Part shown: piece by piece, positions 26,305-36,052 of the stretch
How the letters are laid out: the number at the start of each line of letters is the position of its first letter
How positions within the stretch are numbered: the stretch's first letter is position 1
DNA from: Dehalococcoidia bacterium
Lineage (GTDB): Bacteria; Chloroflexota; Dehalococcoidia; Lucifugimonadales; UBA3495
DNA: 64,000 nt
Direction of reading: 5' to 3'
Assembly (NCBI GenBank): GCA_965207865.1
Contig: CBDBNP010000007.1
Coordinates: forward strand, 399,935-463,934
The notes under the pieces: generated by a model
Told to the model about the DNA's origin: nothing
Seen by the model: the letters and a program-made list of their open reading frames with translations, nothing else
Databases searched by the model: none
Translations under genes and position numbers: made by a program

Positions 26305-27507
26305 TCATCTGGCGGTGGTGAGACTGGGAAGCTGCCGAAGTCTCTCTACGAGGTCAACCAGGACACCGATGAGATACTCAACCTGCTCCTCGGTGTTGTC
26401 CTTGCCCAGGGTGAGGCGCAGGCTGCCCCTGGCGACCTCGGCGGACTGTCCCAGGGCCAGCAGCACATGCGACGGCTCCAGGGATCCGGAACTGCACGCG
26501 CTGCCGCTGGAGGCTGCTATTCCAGCCATATCAAGACCCAGCAGGATGGGCTCGCCCTCCACGCCCGGGAAGGAGAAGTTGGCGTTGTTGGGAAGCCTCT
26601 GGGTCGGATGACCGTTCAGGCGGCTGCCCGGCACCCGCTCCAGCACCTGGACGACGATCCTGTCCCTGAGGGCCGCGCAGTGGCGCCACGTATCCTCTCT
26701 CCGGGCGTTCGCTGCCTCCAGGGCCACCGACAGTCCCACGATGCCGGGGATGTTCTCCGTACCTGAGCGGCGTTCGCGTTCCTGACCCCCTCCCAGCAGA
26801 TAGGGCAGGAACGGGGCTCCTCGCCTGATGAACAATACCCCGGTGCCCTTCGGCCCGTGGAACTTGTGCCCCGAGAGGCTCAGCAGGTCCACTCCAAGCG
26901 TTTTCACGTCGAGGTCCAGGTATCCGGCGGCCTGCACCGCATCGGTATGAAACAGGATGGTGCGGGAGAGTTCAGTGGCGCGTTGGCGGATCACCTGGGC
27001 GATCTCTGGAATGGGGTTGATGACCCCAATCTCGTTGTTGGCGTACATGACGGACACCAGCGTGGTCCTGTCCGTAATCGCCCGCTGCACCGCCTCTGCC
27101 TGGACCATGCCGTCTGAGTCAACAGGGAGGTAGGTCACCTCGAAACCCTGGGACTCCAGGTGCTGGGCGGTGTGGAGCACCGCGTGGTGCTCGACGCTGG
27201 AGGTGATGATGTGGTTGCCGGTCTCCTGCAGCGCCGTGGCCGCTCCCACGATGGCGGCGTTGTCCGACTCCGTCCCTCCGCTGGTGAACACCACATCTCG
27301 GGGACGGCAATTCAGCACCCGGGCCACCCGCTCCCTGGCCTCATCCAGCGCGTACCGGGCCTCTTGGCCGACGGTGTGGATACTGGAAGGGTTGCCAAAC
27401 AGCTCCGTGAAATAGGGTGTCATGGACCGCAGCACCTCACGCGCCAGCGGAGTGGTGCCCGCATGGTCCATGTATACGATGCCGTCTGGTGCCCGGTTCT
27501 GCGTCAT
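26305..27507 (-). CDS. Cysteine desulfurase (class V aminotransferase, NifS/IscS-like)
   Basis: [23 protein letters not shown] (PLP-Lys) and SSGSACSSG (active-site Cys loop). Confidence 0.9.
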   Translation of the reverse strand: MTQNRAPDGIVYMDHAGTTPLAREVLRSMTPYFTELFGNPSSIHTVGQEARYALDEARERVARVLNCRPRDVVFTSGGTESDNAAIVGAATALQETGNHIITSSVEHHAVLHTAQHLESQGFEVTYLPVDSDGMVQAEAVQRAITDRTTLVSVMYANNEIGVINPIPEIAQVIRQRATELSRTILFHTDAVQAAGYLDLDVKTLGVDLLSLSGHKFHGPKGTGVLFIRRGAPFLPYLLGGGQERERRSGTENIPGIVGLSVALEAANARREDTWRHCAALRDRIVVQVLERVPGSRLNGHPTQRLPNNANFSFPGVEGEPILLGLDMAGIAASSGSACSSGSLEPSHVLLALGQSAEVARGSLRLTLGKDNTEEQVEYLIGVLVDLVERLRQLPSLTTAR

Positions 27508-27603
27508 TCTACTCAGCCCTCGCCTTCCCGTTTGAACACGGGCCGGCAGGGATTTCCGGATAGTCCTGTTGGCGTCGACATTTTAACACAGAGACCCCGG
27601 ATA

Positions 27604-28353
27604 TTACGGCTGAGCCGTTTTCGGATAGCTGCTGGTGGCGACAGACAGGAGGAAGAAGCCGATGACCGCCGCCCAGATGCCATCGATCCAGTTGTCCCAG
27701 AAGACGATGTAAAGGACGCCACCGACCATCAGAAGCAGGCCAACGCCCTGGCCGCAGCGGGCAGCGACCCGGGTGGCCTTGAGGTGGCTGCCAGACCCTG
27801 CCCATACGATGGCCCGCAGGACTCGCCCACCATCCAGGGGGAAGCCGGGAATCATATTGAAAATACCCACGCTCAAGTTTGCCCACGCCAGCAGGAAAGC
27901 CACCATTTCCACCGACGACGCATACCGGGTCGGCCAGATCGAGTTCCCCGGACTGACCCACACCATCACCGCCCCGGCAATTACGGCTATGACTATGCTG
28001 GTCAGAGGGCCCACCACCGATATCAGGAACTCCTCGGAGGGGCGCCTGGGCTCAGTGGCAAGGTGCGAGACGCCGCCGAAGATGAACAGTGTGATTCCCG
28101 TTACACGAATTCCGCGGCTCAGGGCGACCAGGCTGTGCGATAGCTCGTGCGCCAGCACCGACAGAAAGAACAGCCCGACCGTGATAATGGCAACAATCCA
28201 CTGCTGGTAAACCGGCCACCGCAGGGGCAGCGAGTCGAAGCGATTGGCCAGCAGGACGGTCAACAGCAGGAATATGACCAGCCAGGTGACGTTGATTTCG
28301 ATGGGGATGCCGAAAATGCGGACTAATCGCAGAGACTTACCCATGCTCACCAC
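27604..28353 (-). CDS. Site-2 protease family (M50) membrane metalloprotease
   Basis: HELSHSLVA (HExxH) in a TM helix and FNMIPGFPLDGGR. Confidence 0.85.
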   Translation of the reverse strand: MVSMGKSLRLVRIFGIPIEINVTWLVIFLLLTVLLANRFDSLPLRWPVYQQWIVAIITVGLFFLSVLAHELSHSLVALSRGIRVTGITLFIFGGVSHLATEPRRPSEEFLISVVGPLTSIVIAVIAGAVMVWVSPGNSIWPTRYASSVEMVAFLLAWANLSVGIFNMIPGFPLDGGRVLRAIVWAGSGSHLKATRVAARCGQGVGLLLMVGGVLYIVFWDNWIDGIWAAVIGFFLLSVATSSYPKTAQP

Positions 28354-28440
28354 GCTCCCAGCAGAAGAGGACGTGCTTCCAGCATATCAAATCCCGGCGT
28401 CATCCATTCAATCGTAGGAATGGCGGATTGGTGGCAGCGG

Positions 28441-29388
28441 TTAGCCGGGCTTCCGGAACGCGACGGCGTAGGCCGCCAGCTTGGCCACAAGCCGGGCAGC
28501 GGTGTAGGTGCAGGCGGTCGGGCCCTCGGACGGGGCCAATTCGCAGACATCGAACCCCACTATGCGCCGGTTTTCGGCAACGCTCCGCAACAGGGACGTC
28601 ACCTGCCGCCAGTTCAGGCCTCCGGGCTCCGGCGTCCCGACGGCCGACATCAGCGACGGGTCAAAGACGTCCAGATCGACACTGACGTAGACATCCTCGC
28701 CCAGGGCAGCAAGGATCTCGTCCGACGGGAGCAGACCGCCATCCGGCGGGCTTGGCCAGACCGGGATGTTGTTTTCGCGAATGAAATCCCTCTCCTCGAG
28801 CGAAAGGCTCCTAACCCCCGCGAGGACCAGCGGGCATAGGTCGTGCACCCGACGGGCGCCCGAGGCGTGTCCCCATTGCGTACCCTGGTACTCATCGCGC
28901 AGGTCGGCGTGGGCGTCGAGGTAGAGGACGGACATCGAGGGAAAGGCATCGAAATGGGCCTGCACGCTGCCGGCGGTCAGCGAGTGCTCGCCCCCCAGAA
29001 CACCGACGACGCGCCCCGGCGCCATGCAGGACGCCACGGCTTGCCGGACCCGCTGGGCCATCAACTCCGGCCCTCCCATGTGGGGCTCCAGGGCCGGCAG
29101 GGTGTGGATGCCCAGCTCCGCGACATCAAGGTCGAGCTCGGGGTCGTAGTCCTCCATCTGCGCTGAGGCGGCTATGATGCCGGACGGGCCGTCGCGAGCG
29201 CCACCGCGGTAGGACGTCGTACTGTCGTAGGGGACCGGTATCAGGGCAACGCTGGCAGCGTCCAGCGAAGACTGCTCAGGTGTGAGTGCTAGAAAGTTCG
29301 GATAGAGCCAGTGTGCGTCCGGCCCGGCATCCGTACCACGTACATGATGCGGGGAGGGTTGAGCGTGTTCAGGCCGGTATTCAGGCAA
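28441..29388 (-). CDS. speB: Agmatinase / ureohydrolase family
   Basis: GGEHSLT, LYLDAHADLRDEY, VSVDLDVFDPS (Mn-binding motifs). The start is uncertain: TTG 29388 (12 nt after the speH-like stop) is chosen over ATG 29523, which would overlap the upstream gene by 124 nt. Confidence 0.8.
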   Translation of the reverse strand: MPEYRPEHAQPSPHHVRGTDAGPDAHWLYPNFLALTPEQSSLDAASVALIPVPYDSTTSYRGGARDGPSGIIAASAQMEDYDPELDLDVAELGIHTLPALEPHMGGPELMAQRVRQAVASCMAPGRVVGVLGGEHSLTAGSVQAHFDAFPSMSVLYLDAHADLRDEYQGTQWGHASGARRVHDLCPLVLAGVRSLSLEERDFIRENNIPVWPSPPDGGLLPSDEILAALGEDVYVSVDLDVFDPSLMSAVGTPEPGGLNWRQVTSLLRSVAENRRIVGFDVCELAPSEGPTACTYTAARLVAKLAAYAVAFRKPG

Positions 29389-29399
29389 GGACGGACCCG

Positions 29400-29843
29400 T
29401 CAGCCACGCTGCAGACCGGGCCGTCCTGCTTCGAGTTCGCTCTCGAGTGTTGTGCGTTGTGCCTGGGACTCGGTCATGCCCTGACGCTCGTCCAGCCACT
29501 CCAGGCCGCGATCGAGCAGCCATGTCTGAACGTCGTCCAGTTCAAACAGTCTCTTGGCGTCCTCGAGGGCCCTGTCGTGGTCGAACGCCCTGCAGGAAAA
29601 GATGTCAATATTGACGTAGTTCTTGCGGGGGAAGGTGTGGATGCTGATGTGGCTTTCGGCGATGATCACGAACCCGGTGACGCCTGAATCCTCCGGCTTG
29701 GGAGCATCGTATACCAGGACGTTGGGCTCGGTTATTCGAGTCATCTCCAGGGTATCCGGGTAATCAGTCAAGAATTGGCGGACCAGTTCATCGTCCCACA
29801 TCTTGCTCGTATTCCCGCCAAATCCGTCAATTACCAGGTGCAT
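29400..29843 (-). CDS. speH: Pyruvoyl-dependent decarboxylase proenzyme, SpeH (class 1 AdoMetDC) family
   Basis: Self-cleavage motif IIAESHISIHTFP. The substrate (AdoMet versus arginine) cannot be decided from the sequence by eye. Confidence 0.75.
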   Translation of the reverse strand: MHLVIDGFGGNTSKMWDDELVRQFLTDYPDTLEMTRITEPNVLVYDAPKPEDSGVTGFVIIAESHISIHTFPRKNYVNIDIFSCRAFDHDRALEDAKRLFELDDVQTWLLDRGLEWLDERQGMTESQAQRTTLESELEAGRPGLQRG

Positions 29844-30019
29844 CTCACCTCCGTTACGGTCTCAAGAAAGAAGACGCAATGAAATAGGTATGGTTGGCAA
29901 ACGCAAGTATATACAATATCATTTGTCGGGTTCCAACACAAACTGCGCCATATTCGAGGGCCTCTTTACACGGGCCCCGTCAATCAACAGGTTCAGGCAG
30001 GTATGTCGTGCTGCCTTCT

Positions 30020-30955
30020 ATGATTCAGGCCACGGACGTTACGCATTACTACGGCCCATACCCGGCAATCCAGGACGTCAACTTCGACGTACGAAGAGGC
30101 GAGGTTCTGGGATTTCTTGGGCCCAACGGCGCCGGCAAGACTACGACCATGCGCATCCTGACGGGGTTTCTGCCGCCGTCCAGCGGTTCAGTCACGCTCG
30201 ACGGCTACGACGTTGTGGAGAAGTCGCTGGAGGTGCGAAAACGGGTCGGCTATCTTCCCGAGACGGTGCCCCTGTACACTGACATGACCGTGACCAACTA
30301 CCTGAAATACATGGGCACCCTGCGAGGTATGCAGGCGTCCCGGATTCGCAGTCGCATCGGCGACGTCATCGACGTCTGCCGGCTTGGAGACTATCGGAAA
30401 ACACAGATCGGCAAACTCTCAAAGGGCTTCAGGCAACGGGTCGGGATAGCACAGGCCATCATCCACGAACCCGAGGTACTGGTGCTGGACGAGCCGACCA
30501 TCGGCATCGACCCGATCCAGGTCGTGGAGACTCGGAGCCTGATCCAGGACCTGGGCCGCGAGCAGACCGTGGTTCTCAGCAGCCACATACTGCCGGAAGT
30601 GAGCATGATCTGCGAGCGGGTCCTGATCATCCATGAGGGGCGCATAGTCGCCGAGGATACGCCCCAGAACCTGGCCCAGGGACTGCAGGGAGTGGAGAGG
30701 CTCGAGGTTGAGGTCGGTGGCCCATCCGCTGATGTGCTTCCCACATTGCAGAAAATCGAGGGCGTCATCAGCGTCAACCACCGAAACATGCAGGGACGGC
30801 ACACCTACGTGATCCAGGCACAGCAGGGGCGGGACCTGAGAGACGACATATCACGAGAGGTGATCAGCAACGGGTGGAGCTTGCGGGGGATGCAGATGGT
30901 GGGAATGTCCCTTGAGGAAATCTTCCTTCGCCTCACGACCCAGGAGGATCTGTAA
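30020..30955 (+). CDS. ABC transporter ATP-binding protein (ABC-2 / GldA-like)
   Basis: Walker A GPNGAGKTT, signature LSKGFRQR and Walker B LVLDEPT. An alternative GTG start exists at 30008. Confidence 0.9.
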   Translation: MIQATDVTHYYGPYPAIQDVNFDVRRGEVLGFLGPNGAGKTTTMRILTGFLPPSSGSVTLDGYDVVEKSLEVRKRVGYLPETVPLYTDMTVTNYLKYMGTLRGMQASRIRSRIGDVIDVCRLGDYRKTQIGKLSKGFRQRVGIAQAIIHEPEVLVLDEPTIGIDPIQVVETRSLIQDLGREQTVVLSSHILPEVSMICERVLIIHEGRIVAEDTPQNLAQGLQGVERLEVEVGGPSADVLPTLQKIEGVISVNHRNMQGRHTYVIQAQQGRDLRDDISREVISNGWSLRGMQMVGMSLEEIFLRLTTQEDL

Positions 30956-30957
30956 CA

Positions 30958-31695
30958 ATGCGGACAGTCCGGGCAGTGGCCTGGAAAGAAATCCAGATCT
31001 TCTTCCTGAGTCCCACGGCATACATCGTTGGAATGATTTTCCTGTTCCTGACTGGCGTACTCTTCGTCTGGGACCTAGGCGATCCATTCCCCGAGGCATC
31101 CCTGAGAACGTTCTTCCTGGGCCCGCCCGGGTTCATCACGACCGGGGCCATCCTGGTCCTGGTACTTCTCGCGCCCGTCCTCACCATGCGGCTGATCGCG
31201 GAGGAAGCGAAGCTGGGAACGATTGAACTGCTGTTGACTTCACCGGTCCGCGACTGGGAGATTATTATCGGCAAGTACATCGCCAGCCTCGTATTTTTCC
31301 TGGCCCTGCTGGCGATGTCGGGTTTCTACGTTATCCTGCTATTTGTCTTCGCCAGCCCGGACCCGGGACCGATCTATGCCGGATACATCGGGCTGGTCCT
31401 CTACGGAGCCGCGGCGCTGGCCGTTGGCATGCTGACATCCACTGTCACCAATAACCAGATCGTGGCAGCCGTGGTCGCTATCGGTATCCTGCTGGCCCTG
31501 TTCTACGCCGACCAGGCCTTTGCGGCAGTGGGAGGCACCGCCGGGGACATCCTGGCCGAGATCGGTATGACCACCCACTTCTACGACTTTGCCCGGGGAG
31601 TAATCGACACCAGGCACATCATCTACTTCATAAGCGTCATTGCTTTCTTCCTGTTCCTCTCGGTGCGCGCGCTCGAATCAAGGCGGTGGCGCTAG
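30958..31695 (+). CDS. ABC-2 type transporter permease (GldF-like)
   Basis: A 6-TM hydrophobic protein directly after the ATPase, with N-terminal AWKEIQIFFLSPTAY typical of the ABC-2 family. Confidence 0.8.
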   Translation: MRTVRAVAWKEIQIFFLSPTAYIVGMIFLFLTGVLFVWDLGDPFPEASLRTFFLGPPGFITTGAILVLVLLAPVLTMRLIAEEAKLGTIELLLTSPVRDWEIIIGKYIASLVFFLALLAMSGFYVILLFVFASPDPGPIYAGYIGLVLYGAAALAVGMLTSTVTNNQIVAAVVAIGILLALFYADQAFAAVGGTAGDILAEIGMTTHFYDFARGVIDTRHIIYFISVIAFFLFLSVRALESRRWR

Positions 31696-31696
31696 A

Positions 31697-33619
31697 ATGG
31701 CCGAGCGTCCCACAGCAGACTCTGGCGAACAGGGCCCACGCGACTGGCGAAGGCGTCGCAGGCGTAGGGCCGCAGCACCCGAGGGAACCGCAGACGAACC
31801 GGAAGCGGAACAACCGGAAACATCCGATGGCGAGAATGACGCAGCGGAAGGGGAACTCTCCCGGCCACTGGTGAGCTTCCTGGACCCGGCGATAAACGCC
31901 ATCGGCTTCCTTGGCGCGCCGTTGCTGATCGCTGGAATCATCGGCCTCGTAACCGGCATCATTGTCACTGCCTTCGTAAGCTCGATGCGCCTGTACGGCA
32001 TCATCGACATTATCATCGGCGTGGTGCTGATCGGCCTGGTTGGCGCGGTATTCATCAGCTCGGTCATCGCCGCCTTCCTGAGCAGGACGGGGCGCTATGG
32101 CCTGAACACCCTCATATTGCTGGCGGCCTTCACGGCCATAGTGGTGGTGCTCAACCTGGTGTCCTTCGAGAATTCAAGCAGGATGGACGTAACCGCGACC
32201 AACCAGTTCAGCCTTTCAGACCGCACGCGGGACCTGCTGGGGGATTTGCAGAGCGAGATACGGGTGACTGCCTTCTATAAGGCCCTGGAGGACACCCCAG
32301 GCGCCGACGTGGCAGGCCGCAGGAATCGGGTTGTCGACACACTGGAGGAGTTCGATTCCCGCTCCGGGCGATTCTCCTACCGCATCGTGGACCCCGACCT
32401 GGAACCGGGAGTAGTCGCCGCTTATTTCGGCGCTCGTCCCGTGGGGTTTGTCGGTGAGACGGTGGTCGTGGAGAACCTGGATACTGGCGACTTTGACTCT
32501 CTGCAACCCACAGACGCCACCTTCAGTCAATTGGAACAAGACCTGGTCACCGGCTTGTACGTGGTCACCGGACAGGAACAGAAGACGATCTATTTCCTGG
32601 CCGGACACGGCGAGCGCAACATAGACAGCGGCTCCGGGGAGGGCTACGGCTTTCTCAGGCAGGCCCTGGAGCAGGAAAACTACCAGGTCAGGTCGCTGGT
32701 CTGGTCTGGCGTCTCCACGGATGTCCGGGTGCCCGATGATGCCGCGCTGGTGGTCGTTGCGGGCCCGACCTCGGATCTTCCCGAAGCACACGCAATCGCG
32801 CTTGATCTCTACCTTCTGGGCCGCGATCTATCGGGTGAGCGGCGGCGGGAAAGCGGCAGGATGATATTCCTGGCCGAGCCGGACACCCCCCAAACCTGGC
32901 GCGAGTTTATCGTGCAGTGGGGCGTGCTGCTGAGCGAGGGTTACATCCGGGACCTGGACGCTTCTGTCCCGGGGCTGCCGCAGACACTGGCCCTGAACGT
33001 GGATTTCAATACACTGATCAACTTCAACGTGCAGGTACTGGGAAACGACGAAACGATCATAAACTCCGCCTTTGAGGCGGCCCTGGGAATCGTCGCGCCG
33101 GAAGGGCAGCAGCTCCAGAATGTGTTCATGCCGGACGCCACCGCCCTGGCACCGGTCGATGACGGCTCCCGGCTGCCTCTGGCCATGGGCTTCACCTCGC
33201 CGAACAGCTACCTGATCGAGGACCCGGACCGGACCGATCCAATCCTGGCGGGTGATACGCCCGACCGCCGGGGACCTTTCATTCCGGCCATGCTGATGCG
33301 CTCGGCATCAAAAGTGGGAATGCAGGTCCCGGTAGATGGGCTGGCTGACTCCGACATCTCGCTGATTCTCACCTACGGTGATGCCGACTTCGTGGCCAAC
33401 AGCAGCGTTGGCCGGGGCGGCGGGCTGGATATGTTCGTCAACTCCACTAATTTCCTGGTGGGCGACTACTCCCTTGTGTCCATCAGGCCCAAGGCATTCG
33501 CGTTCCGTGAGTTCAACCTCGACCGCAACGAGTTTGATTTTGTCCGATTTTCGTCGTGGCTCTTCCTGCCCGGCCTGATGGCCCTCGCCGCTGGGCTGGT
33601 CTGGTGGCTCAGACGCTAG
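31697..33619 (+). CDS. GldG-like ABC-transporter auxiliary protein
   Basis: Position after the ABC-2 permease, N- and C-terminal TM anchors and a large extracytoplasmic domain (...TIYFLAGHGE...). ATG 31697 lies 1 nt after the permease stop. It has a charged Arg/Glu-rich N-terminal extension. Confidence 0.65.
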   Translation: MAERPTADSGEQGPRDWRRRRRRRAAAPEGTADEPEAEQPETSDGENDAAEGELSRPLVSFLDPAINAIGFLGAPLLIAGIIGLVTGIIVTAFVSSMRLYGIIDIIIGVVLIGLVGAVFISSVIAAFLSRTGRYGLNTLILLAAFTAIVVVLNLVSFENSSRMDVTATNQFSLSDRTRDLLGDLQSEIRVTAFYKALEDTPGADVAGRRNRVVDTLEEFDSRSGRFSYRIVDPDLEPGVVAAYFGARPVGFVGETVVVENLDTGDFDSLQPTDATFSQLEQDLVTGLYVVTGQEQKTIYFLAGHGERNIDSGSGEGYGFLRQALEQENYQVRSLVWSGVSTDVRVPDDAALVVVAGPTSDLPEAHAIALDLYLLGRDLSGERRRESGRMIFLAEPDTPQTWREFIVQWGVLLSEGYIRDLDASVPGLPQTLALNVDFNTLINFNVQVLGNDETIINSAFEAALGIVAPEGQQLQNVFMPDATALAPVDDGSRLPLAMGFTSPNSYLIEDPDRTDPILAGDTPDRRGPFIPAMLMRSASKVGMQVPVDGLADSDISLILTYGDADFVANSSVGRGGGLDMFVNSTNFLVGDYSLVSIRPKAFAFREFNLDRNEFDFVRFSSWLFLPGLMALAAGLVWWLRR

Positions 33620-33656
33620 TCCGCATGCGATCGGTGGCCTGCAGCCTGCTTGATTC

Positions 33657-34694
33657 ATGAACGTTCGCCTGACAATACTGCTGGCCGTTCTGGCCGTAAT
33701 GATCGGCTCCACTTGGGCCATCATCGAGTTTACGGACGTGGTTTCCCGGGGCGAACGGGAGGAGACGGAACCTTGGCTGTTCAAAATCGATGAGAACGAC
33801 ATAGCGCATATCGAGGTGATATACCAGGACGAGGCCGTTGAGTTCGCCCGACAACCCGGCAGCCACAAATGGGAGATAGTCGGGGATCCCAACTACCCGG
33901 TTTTCCAGGAACGCTGGTCCGGGACAACACTGTTGCTCAGCGGACCGCGCGTCAACCGGGGCCTTGCGCAGACCATCGAGGACCCCGCTCAGTACGGACT
34001 CGACCCGCCCGAGAGCATCGTGAGAGTTACCGACATCGTCGGAAATTCCTTTGAGTTCCACATGGGCAGTCCCACTCCAGACGGAAAGAATCAGTACGCC
34101 AGGCTGTTGGGCGACGAGGCGCTGTACACCGTGCCATCAGTCTGGGCGAGTGTGGTGAATCGCCTCGCCCATGACCCGCCCTACGGCAGGCTCTACAAGG
34201 TGGACATTGCCCAGGTCACGGTCGTCGAGGTGACGGCGGGCGACCAGGTCGCTGTCTACTACCTGGGAAACGATGGTTGGCTGGTGCACGAGGGCCCTCC
34301 CCCAGTTGACGAGTTGCAGTCGGCGCCGGCATCGGGCGAGTGGGCCATCTGGTTGGACATCCTGACATCCCCTCGGGTGGACACAATAGTGGACGTGCAA
34401 CTGCCCGACCGGGATACGGAGCGCCTGGAAGAGTACGGATTCTCCTCTCCCGACGTTCAGGTGGTTGTAGCCCGGCGAGGCGAGGGGCCTCTGGTATTCA
34501 CCCTCGCCGAAGGGCCGCCTGGCGAGGACAGCTACTATGCCAGGACAGTCGACCACGTCGACGAGACCCTGTATTCCATCAAGAAAGTCAGGCTCGAGGG
34601 CATAAAGGAACTCGCCACCGACCCGCTCATTCTGCCCGGGTGGGAACCCCCGGCAGCTGGAACGGGACCGGAGGAAGACTCCCAGGAAAACTGA
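33657..34694 (+). CDS. DUF4340-like protein (usual partner of GldG-like proteins)
   Basis: N-terminal TM anchor, then beta-rich repeats. The assignment rests mainly on synteny with the gldA/F/G-like genes. Confidence 0.5.
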   Translation: MNVRLTILLAVLAVMIGSTWAIIEFTDVVSRGEREETEPWLFKIDENDIAHIEVIYQDEAVEFARQPGSHKWEIVGDPNYPVFQERWSGTTLLLSGPRVNRGLAQTIEDPAQYGLDPPESIVRVTDIVGNSFEFHMGSPTPDGKNQYARLLGDEALYTVPSVWASVVNRLAHDPPYGRLYKVDIAQVTVVEVTAGDQVAVYYLGNDGWLVHEGPPPVDELQSAPASGEWAIWLDILTSPRVDTIVDVQLPDRDTERLEEYGFSSPDVQVVVARRGEGPLVFTLAEGPPGEDSYYARTVDHVDETLYSIKKVRLEGIKELATDPLILPGWEPPAAGTGPEEDSQEN

Positions 34695-34797
34695 CGGCCT
34701 GGACCGGTTGGCTTCTCCCGGGGCGCGATTGGGCGCCCCTACGTTTATGTCTACTTTTCCACGGGGTTTCAGGAAACGGCCATTGCCGGAGGGCGGA

Positions 34798-36045
34798 ATG
34801 AAGGCTGAAATCATGGGTATCGGCACCGAGTTACTCATGGGTGAGCTCAACGACACCAACGCAGGCTGGATCGCCACTCGCTTGCCGCCATTGGGTATCA
34901 CGTTGCAATGGGTAACACTAGTTGGCGACGACCTGGCGCAACTGACACACGCCTTCCAGCAGGGACTGGAGCGCTCGGACATCATCTTCACCACGGGTGG
35001 CCTGGGCCCCACGCAGGACGACCTGACCCGCGAGGCGGTTGCCGCCGCCTTCGGCGAGACCCCGAAGGTGCAGGAGGAAATGGTTGAGGAACTGCGCCAG
35101 TACTTCCGAAACCGCGGCCAGGACATGCCATCGCACAATGTAAAGCAGGCCTGGTTGATCCCGTCCGCGGAGTTCATCCCCAACCGCAATGGCACGGCCC
35201 CCGGCTGGTGGGCCGAGCGCGATGGCAAGATCATCATAATCATGCCCGGCCCGCCCGTGGAAATGCAGGCCATCTTCCGCGAGCGGGTGGAGCCTCGCCT
35301 CAAGGAGTTGGTGACCGAGGAGGTGACCATCACTCGCAACGTGAAGACAATGGGCCTCGGAGAGGCTTCGGTGGACGAGATCATGTCTGAGTATTTCGGG
35401 CAGGAAAACCCGTACCTAGGCATTTACTCCAAGGCCGACGGGATCCACCTTCGGGTGATAGCCCGGGCAGCCGACGAGGTAACCGCGCGCCGAATGATCG
35501 AGCCGGTGGAGCAGGCGGTGAAAGACCGGCTGGGGGAGTACATCTGGGGCTACGACGACGAGACGCCAGAGCAGGCCATCGCGCAGGCACTTCAGTCGCG
35601 TAACAAGACTCTCGCGGTGATGGAATACTGCACCGGCGGCTTCCTGACCAATGCTATAACCGAGGCCAACGAGGCGCAGAAGCACTTCCGAGGCGGCATC
35701 GTGGCCTTCGGTGAGCAGTCGATGGCCGCTTCGGGGGTTCCGCCGGTGCTGATGGACAACCACGGCCCGGTGAGCCAGGAAGCCGCCAACGCCATGGCCT
35801 CCGCCGCCCTGGTACAGCTGGGCGCCGACTACGGTATCGGCATCACCGGCTCTCCAGGCCCGGCAGAGCTGGACGGACGACCCATGGGCCTGGCCTACGT
35901 TGCCATCGCCCGCGCCACCCCAGCCGGGCCGCAGGTAATCAAGGAGCTGGAGTTACGTGTTCCGCCACGGCGTATCACCATCAAACGACGAATCAGCAAC
36001 CAGGCGCTCATCGAGCTGCGCAAGCTGGTGGACGCGGGAGAGTAG
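34798..36045 (+). CDS. cinA: CinA family protein (MoCF-binding domain plus NMN amidohydrolase PncC domain)
   Basis: MKAEIMGIGTELLMGELNDTN...FTTGGLGPTQDDLTRE and the C-terminal CinA domain (...ESCTGG-like YCTGGFLTNAIT). RBS GGAGGG. Confidence 0.9.
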   Translation: MKAEIMGIGTELLMGELNDTNAGWIATRLPPLGITLQWVTLVGDDLAQLTHAFQQGLERSDIIFTTGGLGPTQDDLTREAVAAAFGETPKVQEEMVEELRQYFRNRGQDMPSHNVKQAWLIPSAEFIPNRNGTAPGWWAERDGKIIIIMPGPPVEMQAIFRERVEPRLKELVTEEVTITRNVKTMGLGEASVDEIMSEYFGQENPYLGIYSKADGIHLRVIARAADEVTARRMIEPVEQAVKDRLGEYIWGYDDETPEQAIAQALQSRNKTLAVMEYCTGGFLTNAITEANEAQKHFRGGIVAFGEQSMAASGVPPVLMDNHGPVSQEAANAMASAALVQLGADYGIGITGSPGPAELDGRPMGLAYVAIARATPAGPQVIKELELRVPPRRITIKRRISNQALIELRKLVDAGE

Positions 36046-36052
36046 AGCCTAA

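Noticed and set aside
29389-29523. The long form of the agmatinase ORF starting at ATG 29523.
   Set aside because: It would overlap the speH-like gene by 124 nt and add an Arg/Ser/Thr-rich N-terminus unlike ureohydrolases. TTG 29388 was chosen instead, although it lacks a strong RBS, so the start remains uncertain.
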